Source of the DNA: Macrostomum lignano
Lineage: Eukaryota
Direction: 5' to 3'
DNA: 64,000 bases
Assembly (NCBI GenBank): GCA_002269645.1
Contig: NIVC01000897.1
Location: 351,453 to 415,452 of the forward strand
The position numbers and the translations under genes are program-made. Of this stretch, positions 52,687 to 64,000 are shown in pieces. The notes below the pieces were generated by a model. It made no database searches. It saw only the letters and a program-made list of their open reading frames with translations, and was not told where the DNA came from. Each line of letters opens with the position of its first letter. Positions within the stretch are counted from its first letter, which is position 1.

Positions 52687-55600
52687 ATGCCAAAAGCTAA
52701 TCCAGCAAGAGATTTAGTCAACAAATATTTTTCAAAAGGCGTCTCATTTCAAGACAAAAGTAATTCACTAAGAGAAGCATGCAAACAAAAGTTCAACACC
52801 GACCCCGGTCACCTGGGAAGCTATGAAAAACAGTTGGAAATCATCAATCAATTAGAATCAAACCAGTATGCGCCTATAAAAAATTCTGCAAAGGAACACC
52901 AAGAGAGGAGTCGCAACTTAGTTAACAAATATGAAACTCTCACTGGTGAAAAAGCAAAGTACCCACAAAATAAGCAGGAACAAGAGAAATTAGAGCAATT
53001 AATCCATTTAAAAGAGTCGGAGCTTGCCACTGAAGAGATTAATTTTGCACAGACGAAGTTTACAGAACATTACATAGAGTACACAATCCCAATTAACGGC
53101 ACCAACGGTACCACCGCAAATATCTACGACTATAAAGACAGCATCCAATCAGTTGTTGATCACACACTCAAAACACGCAAGACCTTTAAACTACAGATAT
53201 CATTCAAGATTGCGTTTTATATGCCTGCGAAACCCACTGAGCATCTCGAGTATTACATGACAACAAAGGCAAAGCCATTCACCCCAACAGACACACTGGA
53301 TCCTTTCCTTCAAGATGTCAATAAGAAAATTGAAGCGTTTACATCCAGAGGTTCCGGATGGGTCGTGGGAGGGATTCAAAGAGCGACTGTCATGGTCATG
53401 AAATATGACCCACTTAAAGCCTCCTCTTATATAGAGCTCCCGCATAAGCTAGCCGGTAAAAAAGCTTGCATAAATGTTAAAAATAAAGACAATTGCTGTG
53501 CTCTATGGGCAGTTCTTTCTGCACTTTTTAGTGTACCTCACCACCCCGAAAGAACCTCAAATTATCAAAATTATTTCAACTACTATCTCATTGAATGCGA
53601 AAAGAAGGGAATCAGGTTTGACAAAGGAGGCTTGGCGATCTCTCAGATCCCAAAGCTAGAAGAAGTGTTTAATAACAAAATTAGAATCACAGTCTTTGAG
53701 TGGAGTGAAAAAACTGAGAAAGTTCAACCGGTCAGATGTAGCAAAGACGTTTTAGATCCGAGGGGAAAAGGCGGACTGAAGTGGATCTTCTAGTGATTGG
53801 TAATTTACTAGAGGAGGCTCACTATGTTTGGATTAAAGATCTTTCAAGACTCATACACAAGCAGTTGAATAATCATCACGAGGCTGTTGCCATCTGCCGC
53901 TTGTGCCTTAAGCATTACAGTGGACCTGAACGCTTTGAAAAACTAGCAGAGCATGAATTATCATGCGAGGATCACCCGACAAACTGCTCTCTTCCTTCAG
54001 CTGAAGAGAAGTATCTCCGGTTTAAGAACTATCACAAGATGGAGAAGCTCCCATTTGTTGTATATGCTGATTTCGAATGCTCAATCGTGCCAGAAACTCA
54101 AAAACAAACTCCAACTCAAAAACAAACTCCAACTCAAAAACAAACTCAAACTCAAAAACATGTCCCCAATTCAGTAGCATATGCCTTTATTAATACAAAA
54201 GGACTTGTTGAGTATAATTATTTCTTTGGAGAGCAGTGTGTGGAGCAGTTTATTGCCAGAATGTTAGAGTTGCAAAAATGATTAGCACCCTTCAACCTGT
54301 TCCAATAATGATGACTGAGGAGGATGAAAGCAATTTCCTATCAGCAACTCATTGCCACATCTGCAGGAAACATTTAACTTGCACTAATATTAAAAACCCC
54401 ACCGTTAGGGACCACTGCCACTATACTGGGAAATTTAGAGGTGCAGCGCATAACACCTGTAATCTAAAGCTAAAATCGAACATTCATGATCTAACGATAT
54501 TTTGTCACAACGCAAAGAACTATGACATGCATTTAATAGTTGAAAAAATCGGCATGATTCCAGACATACACCTTGATTGCATCGCAGAGAACAAGGAGAA
54601 GTTTAAGTGTGTTGATATTAAACAGGATAATTCGGGTAAAGGTAAAATAAGACTGAAGGATTCATATCAATTTCTAGCTGCCAGTCTAGACGAACTAAGC
54701 AAGAATCTAAAAGATGAACAATGTACATATACAAAGATGTTTGCAAGTAAAATTAACAACACTGATGAATCATTTAAACTCCTGAGAACCAAAGGCTTCT
54801 ACCCCTATGAAAATATTACTGGGTATCACGTATTTGAAGAAGGTTTACCACCACAAGAAAGTTCTTTTCAAAGCTAACAGACTCTGGAATCTCTGACAAA
54901 GACTATGAGCACGCGAAGCATGTCTATAATTACTTTAATTGTCAAAACTTCTTCCAGTATCACCTGCTTTACCTCTACACAGATGTGTTTCTGCTGGCCG
55001 ATGTGTTTGAAACCTTCAGATCACCTGGTACACAGCATATGGCCTCGATCCAGCACATTATGTGTCTCTGCCTGCCACTAGCTGGGAATCTTTGCTTAAA
55101 ATGAAATGGGATCAAGATCCAGATTGGTACATTGAACTTCTTACAGACATTGACATGTACAATTTTGTCGAATCGTCAAAGCGAGGGGGAATCTCAATTT
55201 GCACATAGATATGCAAAAGCAAACAATCCCTACATTGAATCTTACAATAAGGAGCAGCCCTCAAACTACATTACTTACTTGGACGCTAATAATCTCTACG
55301 GGTGGGCGATGAGTCAAGATCTTCCAGTTAGAGATTTTCGATGGTACCCTCATCAGAATTCAAACGGGACTTTTCATTGGCTGCCATTTATGAGGTTGAT
55401 GTTTACATTCCACCAGAGCTTCACGACTATTTCTCTGACTTTCCACCCTTCCCAGAGAACATCAAGTGCCCGAAAATAATCGAAACTCCCAATGATAATA
55501 ATGGAACTTGGCACCTGTCAGGAACAGAAAAAGAACATACAGAGAAACTAACACAGAATCTAAACAACAAGACACGTTACAAAATCCATTACAAACTGCT

Positions 55601-56559
55601 TCAGTATTTTATCTCACTTGGTTGCAGGGTCACCAAGTTCACCGGGCTCTTACATTTACAGAGGAAGCGTGGATGAAACCCTACATTGATAAGAACACCC
55701 AGTTTAGGACCAAAGCAACCAACGACTTTGACAAGAACCTCTTTAAGTTGGCCAACAACTCTGTCTATGGCAAGACTCTTGAGAATGAGCGGAAAAGAAC
55801 AAACCTGAAACTTGTTACCTCATCAGAGCCTGATGTTATTCAGGCAAATATGTCAAAGCCAACATTCAAAGAACTCCATATCTTTAATAGCTACTTAGGT
55901 GTGATCATATTTTACAAAACCAAGGTGACGCTGCGCAAGCCGATCTATACAGGTGTCACTGTTCTCGACGAATCAAAACGTCTGATGTACCAGTTCTTCT
56001 ATGGCATGAAGCAGCAGTACAAGGATAAAATGAAACTCTTGTACACTGACACAGACAGTTTTATTATGGACATTCAAACAGAAGACATTTATCAGGACAT
56101 GCTGCAGCAAAAAGATTTGTTTGACTTGTCTGAGTATGATGAATCTTTCAGGACACAGAATGGCGATCAAGTGTTTGACGCCACTAACAAGAAAGTGATT
56201 GGGAAAATGAAGGACGAGATTGCTGGTGACATAATCACTGAATTCATTGGGTTGAGAGCAAAGTCCTATTTTATAAAATGTGAGTCGTCAGACCCAATCA
56301 AAAAATCAAAGGGAATTCCGAAACGTGTGTTAGGAAGGAAATTAATGAAGCTGAATACAGAGACGCCTTGAATTGCAACAAAAAGACATCACATGAGTTC
56401 TCAAAGCTACAATCTAAAAACCATATTATTCACACAATTCAGCAAAAGAAGATTGGACTGTCAGGTGCAGATAACAAGAGATTCATTTTTGATGACAATA
56501 TCAACAGTCTACCGTTCGGGCATTGGAGGTTAGGTTTAGGAGGTGGATATTGGGTTTAG
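52687..56559 (+). CDS. pPolB: Protein-primed family B DNA polymerase, broken by several frameshifts
   Basis: GSGW/SYIELP N-terminal region, ExoI YADFE, endonuclease VII-like RDHCHYTGKFRGAAHNTCN, ExoII HNAKNYD, ExoIII YLYTDV..LADVFE, motif A YLDANNLYGWAM, motif B KLANNSVYGKT, motif C LYTDTDS, C-terminal DNKRFI..LPFGH. Confidence 0.95.
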
Positions 56560-56592
56560 GTTTGAGAGAAAGTTTAATAAACCTCATAAAAA

Positions 56593-56993
56593 ATGACAAC
56601 AAATAACTTTCTTGAAGATTTGGCTAACGAACTGGAAATCCCAAACTTTAGAGGAATATTTATGAGGGACACTCTGCCTGATTTTCCTCTAAGAAAAGAA
56701 TGCGGCATCATGAACTTTGACACCACCGATAAGCCAGGATCTCATTGGGTTTGCTGGGTGATTGATCCCATCGCAAGCACAAGTGTTATTACTTCGATAG
56801 CTATGGGACGGCAGTACCAGAAGAGCTAAGAAATTATATGAAGGGAAAAAATAATAAAAAAATTTATCGCTCAGACTTTATTCTCCAAGGTCTTAGCAGT
56901 GATATTTGCGGTGAGCTGTGCATGACTGTTTTGTATGCAATGACCAAAACACGAAAGACCTACAAGGAAATTATTCTTGGCTGTGTTTCATAG
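56593..56993 (+). CDS. Adenain-like cysteine protease (one frameshift at ~56780)
   Basis: GSHWVCW (His), then in the shifted frame YYFDSYG (Asp) and LQGLSSDICGELC (Gln/Cys). Confidence 0.9.
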
Positions 56994-56996
56994 GGT

Positions 56997-57664
56997 TCAT
57001 TGTGCATTCTCGTCGTCCTTCTTGCCGAATTTCTTGCCGAATTTCGCCGACTTTCTTTCCGCATAATGTTGAAGAACTTTCTCGAGTTCATTTCTCAGCT
57101 GACTCATGTCATCAGTACCGACCATGTTCAAGTTCATTCGAATTGATTGTTCATAAAGATCCTGAATGGTTTTGAACTCATCCTCTGAAATGAACTTATC
57201 GTCGATTGCCTTGAAATGTACCCTATGATTGAAGTGTGCACCCCTTTCTCTTTTACTTGCTTCTCCTGTAGCTGCTTTAGTTTTTTTCGCCTGTTTCGCG
57301 CTAATGCTCCAGTAATTGCTGAAATAAGTCCACATGCAGCACCCACAGAGCCGAGCGGGATTGCGATTGGGGCTGTGATGACTGGCAACACTGAGACAGC
57401 TGCAGCAGATCCAGATAGAACAGACACAGATCCTAGAATCATATTGCTGTAGTCGAAAAATTTACAGTGGTTGTCATAGCGCTTAATTTTCTTTGTGTTG
57501 TGGAAAATATTTTTTTCAAGATCATCGCGCATTTTTTGAATCTCCACTAGTCGAAACTGTTGAGAGTTACAAGTAATGACGGGGTAGAGTTTTTGTTGCT
57601 CATATTGGGGTGCACTAGGTGCTGTGGGAGCATTCGGATCATAAAGAGAATTTTGAGCATCCAT
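56997..57664 (-). CDS. Polinton uncharacterised protein with PTAP/PSAP motifs and a hydrophobic hairpin (frameshifted near 57230)
   Basis: APTAPSAP..LYP..FRL.EI..LE N-terminus, two hydrophobic stretches, basic RNRRKK, and a tail AIDDKFISEDEF in a second frame. Resembles a common Maverick family by eye. Confidence 0.7.
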
Positions 57665-57771
57665 TTTTTAGGGAATTTTTTAAAAAAATCGGCAACTAGT
57701 TGGTGGTGGCTAGATTTGTTTTACGGTTGATTGCTTCGTCTGCAGTGACGGCAACAGGTCTCTGAATCTGC

Positions 57772-58514
57772 CTATTCATTATCTGTGAGCTCCATTCTAC
57801 GCATGATCTCAAACAAGTCGGTTGGATCACTTGTTTCCCTTGTGGTCTGTGGTGCCTCTTCAGCGTCAATGTTTTTGAGATTATGCAAGCGTTCAAGACG
57901 ACCGATTCTTCTCACCGATTTCTGCCATTCGGTAAAAACTAAATCTACAAAGACTTTAATTGCAGTAATTCTTACTTTGATTCGATCATGCAACGCTGTT
58001 GACTGAGTCATGAACTCTTCTAAATTCCTCACTTTACCTGTGTTGGTTGCGACGTTTTCTTTAATTCTATCATGCAACGCTGTTGACTGGTTCATGAACT
58101 CTTCTAAATTATTCACTTTAGCTGTGTTTGTGAAAACTCCTCCTTCAAGAATACGCATCCGTCTATCAGTGGAATTTCCAGAAGATTAACTGTCGATCTT
58201 AAGCTGTTGATTTGCGAGACTGCCGAAGTTATTTCTGACCTAAGTTCATTAGTTGCGTTTAACAACGGCACATAAAGCTTATCACTTTCAAACTTCTGCC
58301 TAGCTACTTTAAGCCTGAGATCTTCCATGTTTATTTGCAACTGGTGCATGGAGCGCTCTAGGGCTTTCAGTCTGTTTTTATTCAGTTTGATCTCTGGGAT
58401 CTTTTCGTCGCTGTTGATATATCGCCTGTCAAGGATGGATATCTGAGCTGATGTAAGAGCGCTGTTGCCAGAAATGGATTCACCTGCAAAATTATAGACA
58501 TCTTTTATTAGCAA
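57772..58514 (-). CDS. Coiled-coil protein(s), probably one frameshifted gene, with an internal ~29-aa duplication
   Basis: Overlapping ORFs 58113-58514 and 57772-58158. NLEEFMxQSTALHDRIK occurs twice. Confidence 0.55.
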
Positions 58515-58517
58515 ATT

Positions 58518-59313
58518 TTAAATTACAGTTCTTTTTTCTTGTTGATCATGACAAACTGATAGGGTGTTCCACTTGTCATAGCAAAGATTAACGAATTCCT
58601 CTTGTGAAATCTTTCTGCTTGAGTTTTTTGTTGGATTTATAAAATAGGCAGGCGCAATGACCTCATTGTAAAATCTTTTTAGCCTATCCTGTGGAATGGT
58701 TGGAAACAGGAGAATCAGATTGCAGTTCCCACGAATTGTTTTGTTCGGGAGCTCGAACCAGTTCTGTGCAATGTAAATTACATTACAATTGTTATGTCGC
58801 CCTCTTGTAAAATAGTTTTCTATCTGCTTCTGTGGGCCTGTCATACAATCATCAAAGACGATCAAATGCTTTCTCCCTTTTCTAGCTCATCTGGTTGGGG
58901 TAGAAGTTTGGTCTTTGGATCAGCCTGTGGATCTCCATAGGTGAACACTTTAATGTTCTGCCATTTTTCATTGTCTTTGAGGTGCTTTGCATATTCAGCA
59001 GCTACAATTTCTGGGTTACTGGGAAGGCACATTTGGTTATTAAAACATTGAATAATGTCCTCTTTGTTCAGTTTGTTTTGCAATCCAGAAATCAGCATTT
59101 TATACTCATCTTGATACAGTGTGGGAGAGTAGATGTGCAGAGTGTCATAGTCGATAAAGCCAGGTCTAAGAAGCATGTTAAAGACTCTGAATGTTTTACC
59201 TGAACCTGATGAACCAACAACAATGCATCTGAAGTGACTCGGGATTGACTCGTGATGAGAAAACTTAATCTGATTACGCGTCCAGTGAGGATTGAAGTCG
59301 TTTGAAAGTCCAT
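58518..59313 (-). CDS. A32/FtsK-like DNA packaging ATPase (frameshifted)
   Basis: Walker A CIVVGSSGSGKT (read in the alternative frame at ~59200-59240), Walker B IVFDD, and RGRHNNCNVIYIAQ. Confidence 0.93.
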
Positions 59314-59521
59314 TTTTTCTATGATTGAAAAAAAATTAAATAATAAATCATTTAGAAGATGTGTCATTTCGGGACTTGAATGTGTCGTTTTGGGACTTAG
59401 ATGTGTCATTTTGGGACTTAGATGTGTCATTTCAGGACTAGTCTTATACTCTTACATGTCTTGTACCCTTGAAAGTACCTTTAGTCAAATTTGAAACCAC
59501 TTCCTTTTTTAATGCTAGCTC

Positions 59522-59842
59522 TCATCTTCTCATAGACTGCAGGGTCCACACTGTCTGGATTTGGGGCCAGCGGGCCAGCGGGGCCAGTGGAGGTTGAATC
59601 TCTTGTTTAGGTGTTACAGTATCCTTTATCTTTTTGGCTGCTGTGGCTACACTGCCAGCCGCTTCGGCAACGTTCTTGATGTTCTCTTTGTTCTCTCCAA
59701 TGACCTTAAAAATCTTAGCCCCCTGAGCGATCAAATCGGCAAGGCCATTCCCGAGCGTCTTTTCTTGGATAGTGGCCTGCAGGGAAAAGTCCAGATCCGC
59801 GTTTAATAAGATTAAGTTCCTCTTTGTCATAGTATTTGTCAA
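59522..59842 (-). CDS. Small protein with a predicted amphipathic helix
   Basis: GNGLADLIAQGAKIFKVIG..AEAAGSVATAAKKIK. Sits in the virion gene block. Confidence 0.55.
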   Translation of the reverse strand: MTNTMTKRNLILLNADLDFSLQATIQEKTLGNGLADLIAQGAKIFKVIGENKENIKNVAEAAGSVATAAKKIKDTVTPKQEIQPPLAPLARWPQIQTVWTLQSMRR

Positions 59843-59884
59843 TGTCTTTTTCGAAAATAATTGGCATCTTTTTTAAATAGATAT

Positions 59885-61094
59885 TTATTTTTTGTTGAAC
59901 CGCGAAAGCAGAAGCTCTCTCGCCCTCTTATCGATGTATTTTCTCTCAAGCATTTTATTGAGGATGTTGACAAATTCTTTTCTATTTTCATCTTTCATTC
60001 CGGTCTTTGCCGCTCCTAGAAGAACCGCTACTCGCTTGTAGATTTCAGAAATTCCTTTTCCAGTTGAGGGCGGTTGGTCTTGGGGTTGTGGAGTTGGTTG
60101 GGCTTGTAGCTGCTGGGGAGGTGATGCAAAAGACTGCTCACTTTCAGAGACGGAACTGTCATGTGGTGCCTGTCTTTGTTGAGGTGTGAAAACTCTTTGC
60201 TTGATTCTGTTCATTCGATCTGGAGAGTGTTGTTCTAAGTGTTGCCAGTCTGTTGGGTTTTGTTTCTTATATTCAGCTACTTTCAAAGGGTCTAACTGCT
60301 CGAGTTGACTGAGTACTTGTTCTTCTGTGAAATGTTGCTGCTGTTGTGGCGGTCGTTGTTGTTGTGGTTGCTGTTGCTGTTGTTCTAGATATTTCATCTG
60401 ATCAATGACTTCCCCTGATCTGGCAAACCAAACCATTGTTTAAAGTGCTTGTACTTTTTGAATTTAGTCAGGTTGACACCGTTATCATACATAAGTCTCA
60501 GGACTTCTGGGGCCTTTAGTATTTCTATATCTCTAGCAAGAGCAAAAGTCACTAGATCTCTGTAGTTCTTTAGCTGCTTGTCCGAGATTCTCTCTTGGTT
60601 CTTGGTCATAAAAGTCAGTAAGGCGTCTGTGAAAGGAATTTTTCATAGTTCTAGCCTTTGACAACAGAAATATTTTCTTATTTATGTCGATATAATATTC
60701 CACTGGTTCATTATAAATGTTTTTCTCCACATACTTATTCCAAATACATATTTCCCATCATGTTCGACACGCTCTACTGGTCCAAAAATGTTATCTGTCA
60801 CTTTTAGTTGTGATTGATGTGGTTGTGGTTGTTGTGGTTGCGGCTGTATCTGTGGTGCTTCTGGAATTTTGCCCAAAACCTTTTGCACTTGGGTTTCCTG
60901 TATGTCGTCGATAGTTTCTTTGACCTGATCAATATTTTTCTTAGCTTCTCCATACCCGGCTTATGAAACTCTGTGGCTGCTTGGACAAACTCATTGTAGG
61001 ATTGTTGCTCCTTATTTATTAGCCCGGTAACTCGTTTCTCTGCTTGTGCTAGCTTCTCCAATTCAGATATCTGCTGTGTACTTTTTCGCTTCAT
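59885..61094 (-). CDS. Conserved uncharacterised Polinton protein (PZ-like, tentative), split by frameshifts, with Gln/Pro-rich inserts
   Basis: Fragments FHKPGMEKL, DNIFGP..DGKYVFG, DKQLKNYRDLV and TGKG..KRVAVLLGAAKTG..EFVNILNKM follow the order seen in a widespread Maverick protein (recognised by eye). Confidence 0.55.
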
Positions 61095-61124
61095 TTCTTA
61101 TTTTATTTTATTTTTAGTTAAAAA

Positions 61125-62406
61125 ATGAACGACCCACTGACACCAGTTTTCTACAAAATTAACAAGCCTATTTTGAGTGATGATAGCACAATCAAAGCGA
61201 CTCAGGTAAGAGTTCCAGTCAGGAAAATCAGAATGAAACTAATCTTGGTCCTGGTCAAACACTGACATTTACATACAATGGATGTTCGTCTTTGGTTAGT
61301 GTGCACAGTCTTAAGAGCGGCTTCCATATGACATTTCAATTCAAGACAAAGGTGGTGCGGATGCGGCTCGTGCTAACGTTGACAAGCATGATGCGGATGT
61401 GGCTCTGATCAGTAACTTTTGGGCGTACATGTTCAAGGAGTTTAGTGTATCGAATGGGAGCACTGAGTTGGAGCGAATCGCCAACTTTGGAATTGTCTAT
61501 GACGCTCATTGTTTGATCGAGAATCCTGATTTTATTCAGTTGGGAAGTGGTGCGGGTTTATTGCAGATGAAAAAGAAGGAGATATCAATGACAGTGGCTA
61601 TAAAAAGAGGAAGAAGAGATACAACTATGCATTGCAAGGTGCTGATGATGCTGCTAAAAACCCGCTGTATCGGTCTGTTGATGTATTTGTACCACTGAGA
61701 TTCATGAGTGGATTCTGTAATACATTTAATCGACTGACTAGTAACTTTAGCTACACCTTTAGGATGACTAGAGATGATCGCAGTAGAGTGTTGTGGACTG
61801 GGGCGGACCACACAAGGATGGAGGTGAAGCTAACCGGAATCGAGCTGTATTTGGAAGTCATTGAGCAAAGACTGCACTAAAAGCAGATTATCTTAAGGCA
61901 ATAGAGAAGGACATTGATGTTGCATACACGGCCTACATGTGTCGAGATGAGCGAAACGAAACTAGAACAAACATCTGCATTAAAGAGGGATCATGCAGCA
62001 ATCCAAGGTATATCATTATTAATATGAGAAACCCAAATAGCATTATACGCTACATGCATGGAGACGTGCGGTCCATTCAGCATGAAATCAGTGATAATCT
62101 TTACCCTGCACTGCCACAAAATGGAGATTTCAGTCAGAACAAGATTAGCAAATTTATAGCGAGTTGGTCGACTTGGCTGTGAAAGAGAACAATGGAATTG
62201 CTATCACTGCTCTTCAATATGGAACTCTATATCCGATGTTTGGCGCTGATGTGTCTGCCAGACAAATGCCTACTGATAACAGCCCTGTGAATATCGTGAC
62301 TAACATTGAGAGGACTGTCGCAACACCCGTGGACCTGTACATTATCTATGCATTTGAGAGGAAGGTGAAGCTTAACATGATCAACAATTCATCCAGTAAA
62401 GTTTAA
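61125..62406 (+). CDS. Double jelly-roll major capsid protein (PY/hexon-like), multiple frameshifts
   Basis: ~1.28 kb. Motifs VFVPLRFMSGF..TFRMTRDD, VKLTGIELYL, NPRYIII and LYPMFGADVSARQ match Polinton MCP patterns. Lies directly upstream of the penton gene. Confidence 0.75.
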
Positions 62407-62429
62407 ATATTTTTTTGTGGGTGAAAAAA

Positions 62430-63290
62430 ATGGAAGCTATAGCCGAAAGACTAAACAATATTATTTCGCACTCCAAGGAGAGCATTCCTATTACAATAAC
62501 TGGGCGATTAATGACTCAAACGGGATATTTGTTCAAAAATTAGAGCAGGCGATTAGCCTGGATCCAGGTGCTAATTACCATGTCTATCTTAACGACTTCA
62601 CTGGTTGGTCAAACGTTCCCAATGTGACGGCAGCAAATAATAAGTTTTATTACAAATGGAAAGGTGCAGCAGCAGAACCTGTGGTATTCCCTGTGAGCAC
62701 GCAAAGTGTGGATACCTACAATTACTTTCTAGAAAACGTCTTTACTAAAAGAGGCCATTTTGAGACACCTGATATGAGTAAGCCAGAGAAGAAACTGTTC
62801 CCTGTTAAACTAACCTATGATCTCACTGTAATGAGAGTGGTCATGCAAGTTCACAAAGATGCGGAGGTTGAGTTTAAAGATGACACTTGGTATAGGGAAT
62901 TGGGATTCGTGAAGAAAGTTTATAAGCAGAATCCACAGCGCGGACTGTCACTCAAGCATCGGGGCCGTTAGCATGGCCCGGGAAAGTGTACGCGGTTTGT
63001 TCTTAGCACCCAATATAGCAGACATTGTAAAGGGTTTGAATATTCTAATCAGAACTAATCTCAGTCTTGATTGGGTATTTAAGGGAAAGCGAACTAATAT
63101 TTTGTACAACATCTCCAACTCTGTAGCTGGAGGACAGATGGTGGTAGAGAAACCAAATCCAGTGAAAAGAGTTGTATTGAGTAATAAGGAGATTCACGAG
63201 ATTGTGCTTCAGTTTGAGACTGAAGATGGGATGGGCGTTGATTTTAATGGGGAAGAGTTTGTATTGACGTTAATCATTGAGAGAATGTGA
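62430..63290 (+). CDS. Single jelly-roll minor capsid protein (penton/PX), frameshifted
   Basis: ISLDP..YHVYL..WSNVPNVTAANNKFYY, ELGF and EKPNPV..IHEIVLQFETEDG..VDFNGEEF..L are typical Polinton penton motifs. Confidence 0.82.
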
Positions 63291-63296
63291 GAAATC

Positions 63297-64000
63297 ACAA
63301 TTGCCTAATGATTTCTGCAAAGTTATATAGCTGTCGTAATCTTTTACTAGGTTACTCCATACTTATGAAACCATGTCTTTGGAGAGCTAGATTAATATTA
63401 GGGACATTGATATCAACGTCGGGCCAATATTTTCTCATGTATTCGCTGCATTCAAGTTTGCATGGTACTTACTCTTGTAATGGATTAGGCCTGCGTATAA
63501 TAAGAACCTGGAGAGACAACTGGAAACATTTTATTGAGAATTTATTATTTTTTTTCAAAGGGTAAGGACCCTGCGCTGATGATTTAAAGTCTTAGGGATC
63601 TGGTAGCACGTTGCAATTGAATGTGGGGAGAAGAATTCAGATTATTTTCTTGATTGTTCGAAGATGTTATGGATTATGTCAGTGTCAGTGAACATAACAG
63701 GTGTTGTGACCCATATTCCATATTCTGTCAGTCATAATATGGATGGATTTAATGGATTAAAGTTTTCGGATCAAGTGCCTCCCCTTTCAAGATTCTGTCG
63801 GGATAATATAGATGATTTAATGGGATTATGGAGGACGTTTTGTGAGCGGGTGCGACCCCCTTTTTTTCTATTCTGTCAGGGATAATATGGAGGATTTAGG
63901 TGGATTATGGAAGACGTTTTAGCAGTGCGACCCCTTTTTTCTGATTCTGTCAGGATAATATGGATGGATTTATGGATTATGGAGGAGGTGAAAAATTTTG
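63297..64000 (-). repeat. Right terminal inverted repeat (truncated by the window end)
   Basis: Reverse complement of 46454-47188. The window ends ~28 bp short of the expected terminus. Confidence 0.93.

Larger units (their letters stand above)
46426..64000. mobile_element. Polinton/Maverick (adintovirus-like endogenous virus), ~17.6 kb; right end just outside the window
   Basis: Long TIRs plus rve integrase, pPolB, cysteine protease, A32-like ATPase and two capsid-type genes. The left terminus is tentatively placed at AGTAG (46426), following the 5'-AG rule for Polintons. Confidence 0.95.

Overview
Animal (invertebrate) genomic DNA, densely filled with mini- and microsatellites. The composition is reminiscent of a free-living flatworm such as Macrostomum, but this is inference only. 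There are three spliced host genes: FoxG (minus strand, 2 exons), PRC1/MAP65-Ase1 (plus, 5 exons) and a TOG-array crescerin gene, TOGARAM1/CHE-12-like (plus, from 31491, running off the window). Mobile DNA includes a young, nearly intact Ty3/Gypsy LTR retrotransposon (16464-21070), tRNA-derived SINEs, a 63-bp hAT-type MITE and two ~700-bp MITEs. From ~46426 to the window end lies a ~17.6-kb Polinton/Maverick (adintovirus-like endogenous dsDNA virus) inserted in a TOGARAM1 intron. It has ~760-bp TIRs, integrase, protein-primed PolB, cysteine protease, packaging ATPase, major and minor capsid proteins, PLA2, an adenovirus pX-like gene and orphan ORFs. Many of its genes are frameshifted, and decay cannot be distinguished from assembly error here. 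The best candidate for an undescribed system is a regulatory block at the element's left end: a four-pentamer heat-shock element plus CCAAT and TATA in front of an orphan 207-aa ORF, followed by 8 copies of a 43-bp imperfect palindrome with variable spacers. This may be a stress-triggered reactivation switch, which is a hypothesis.
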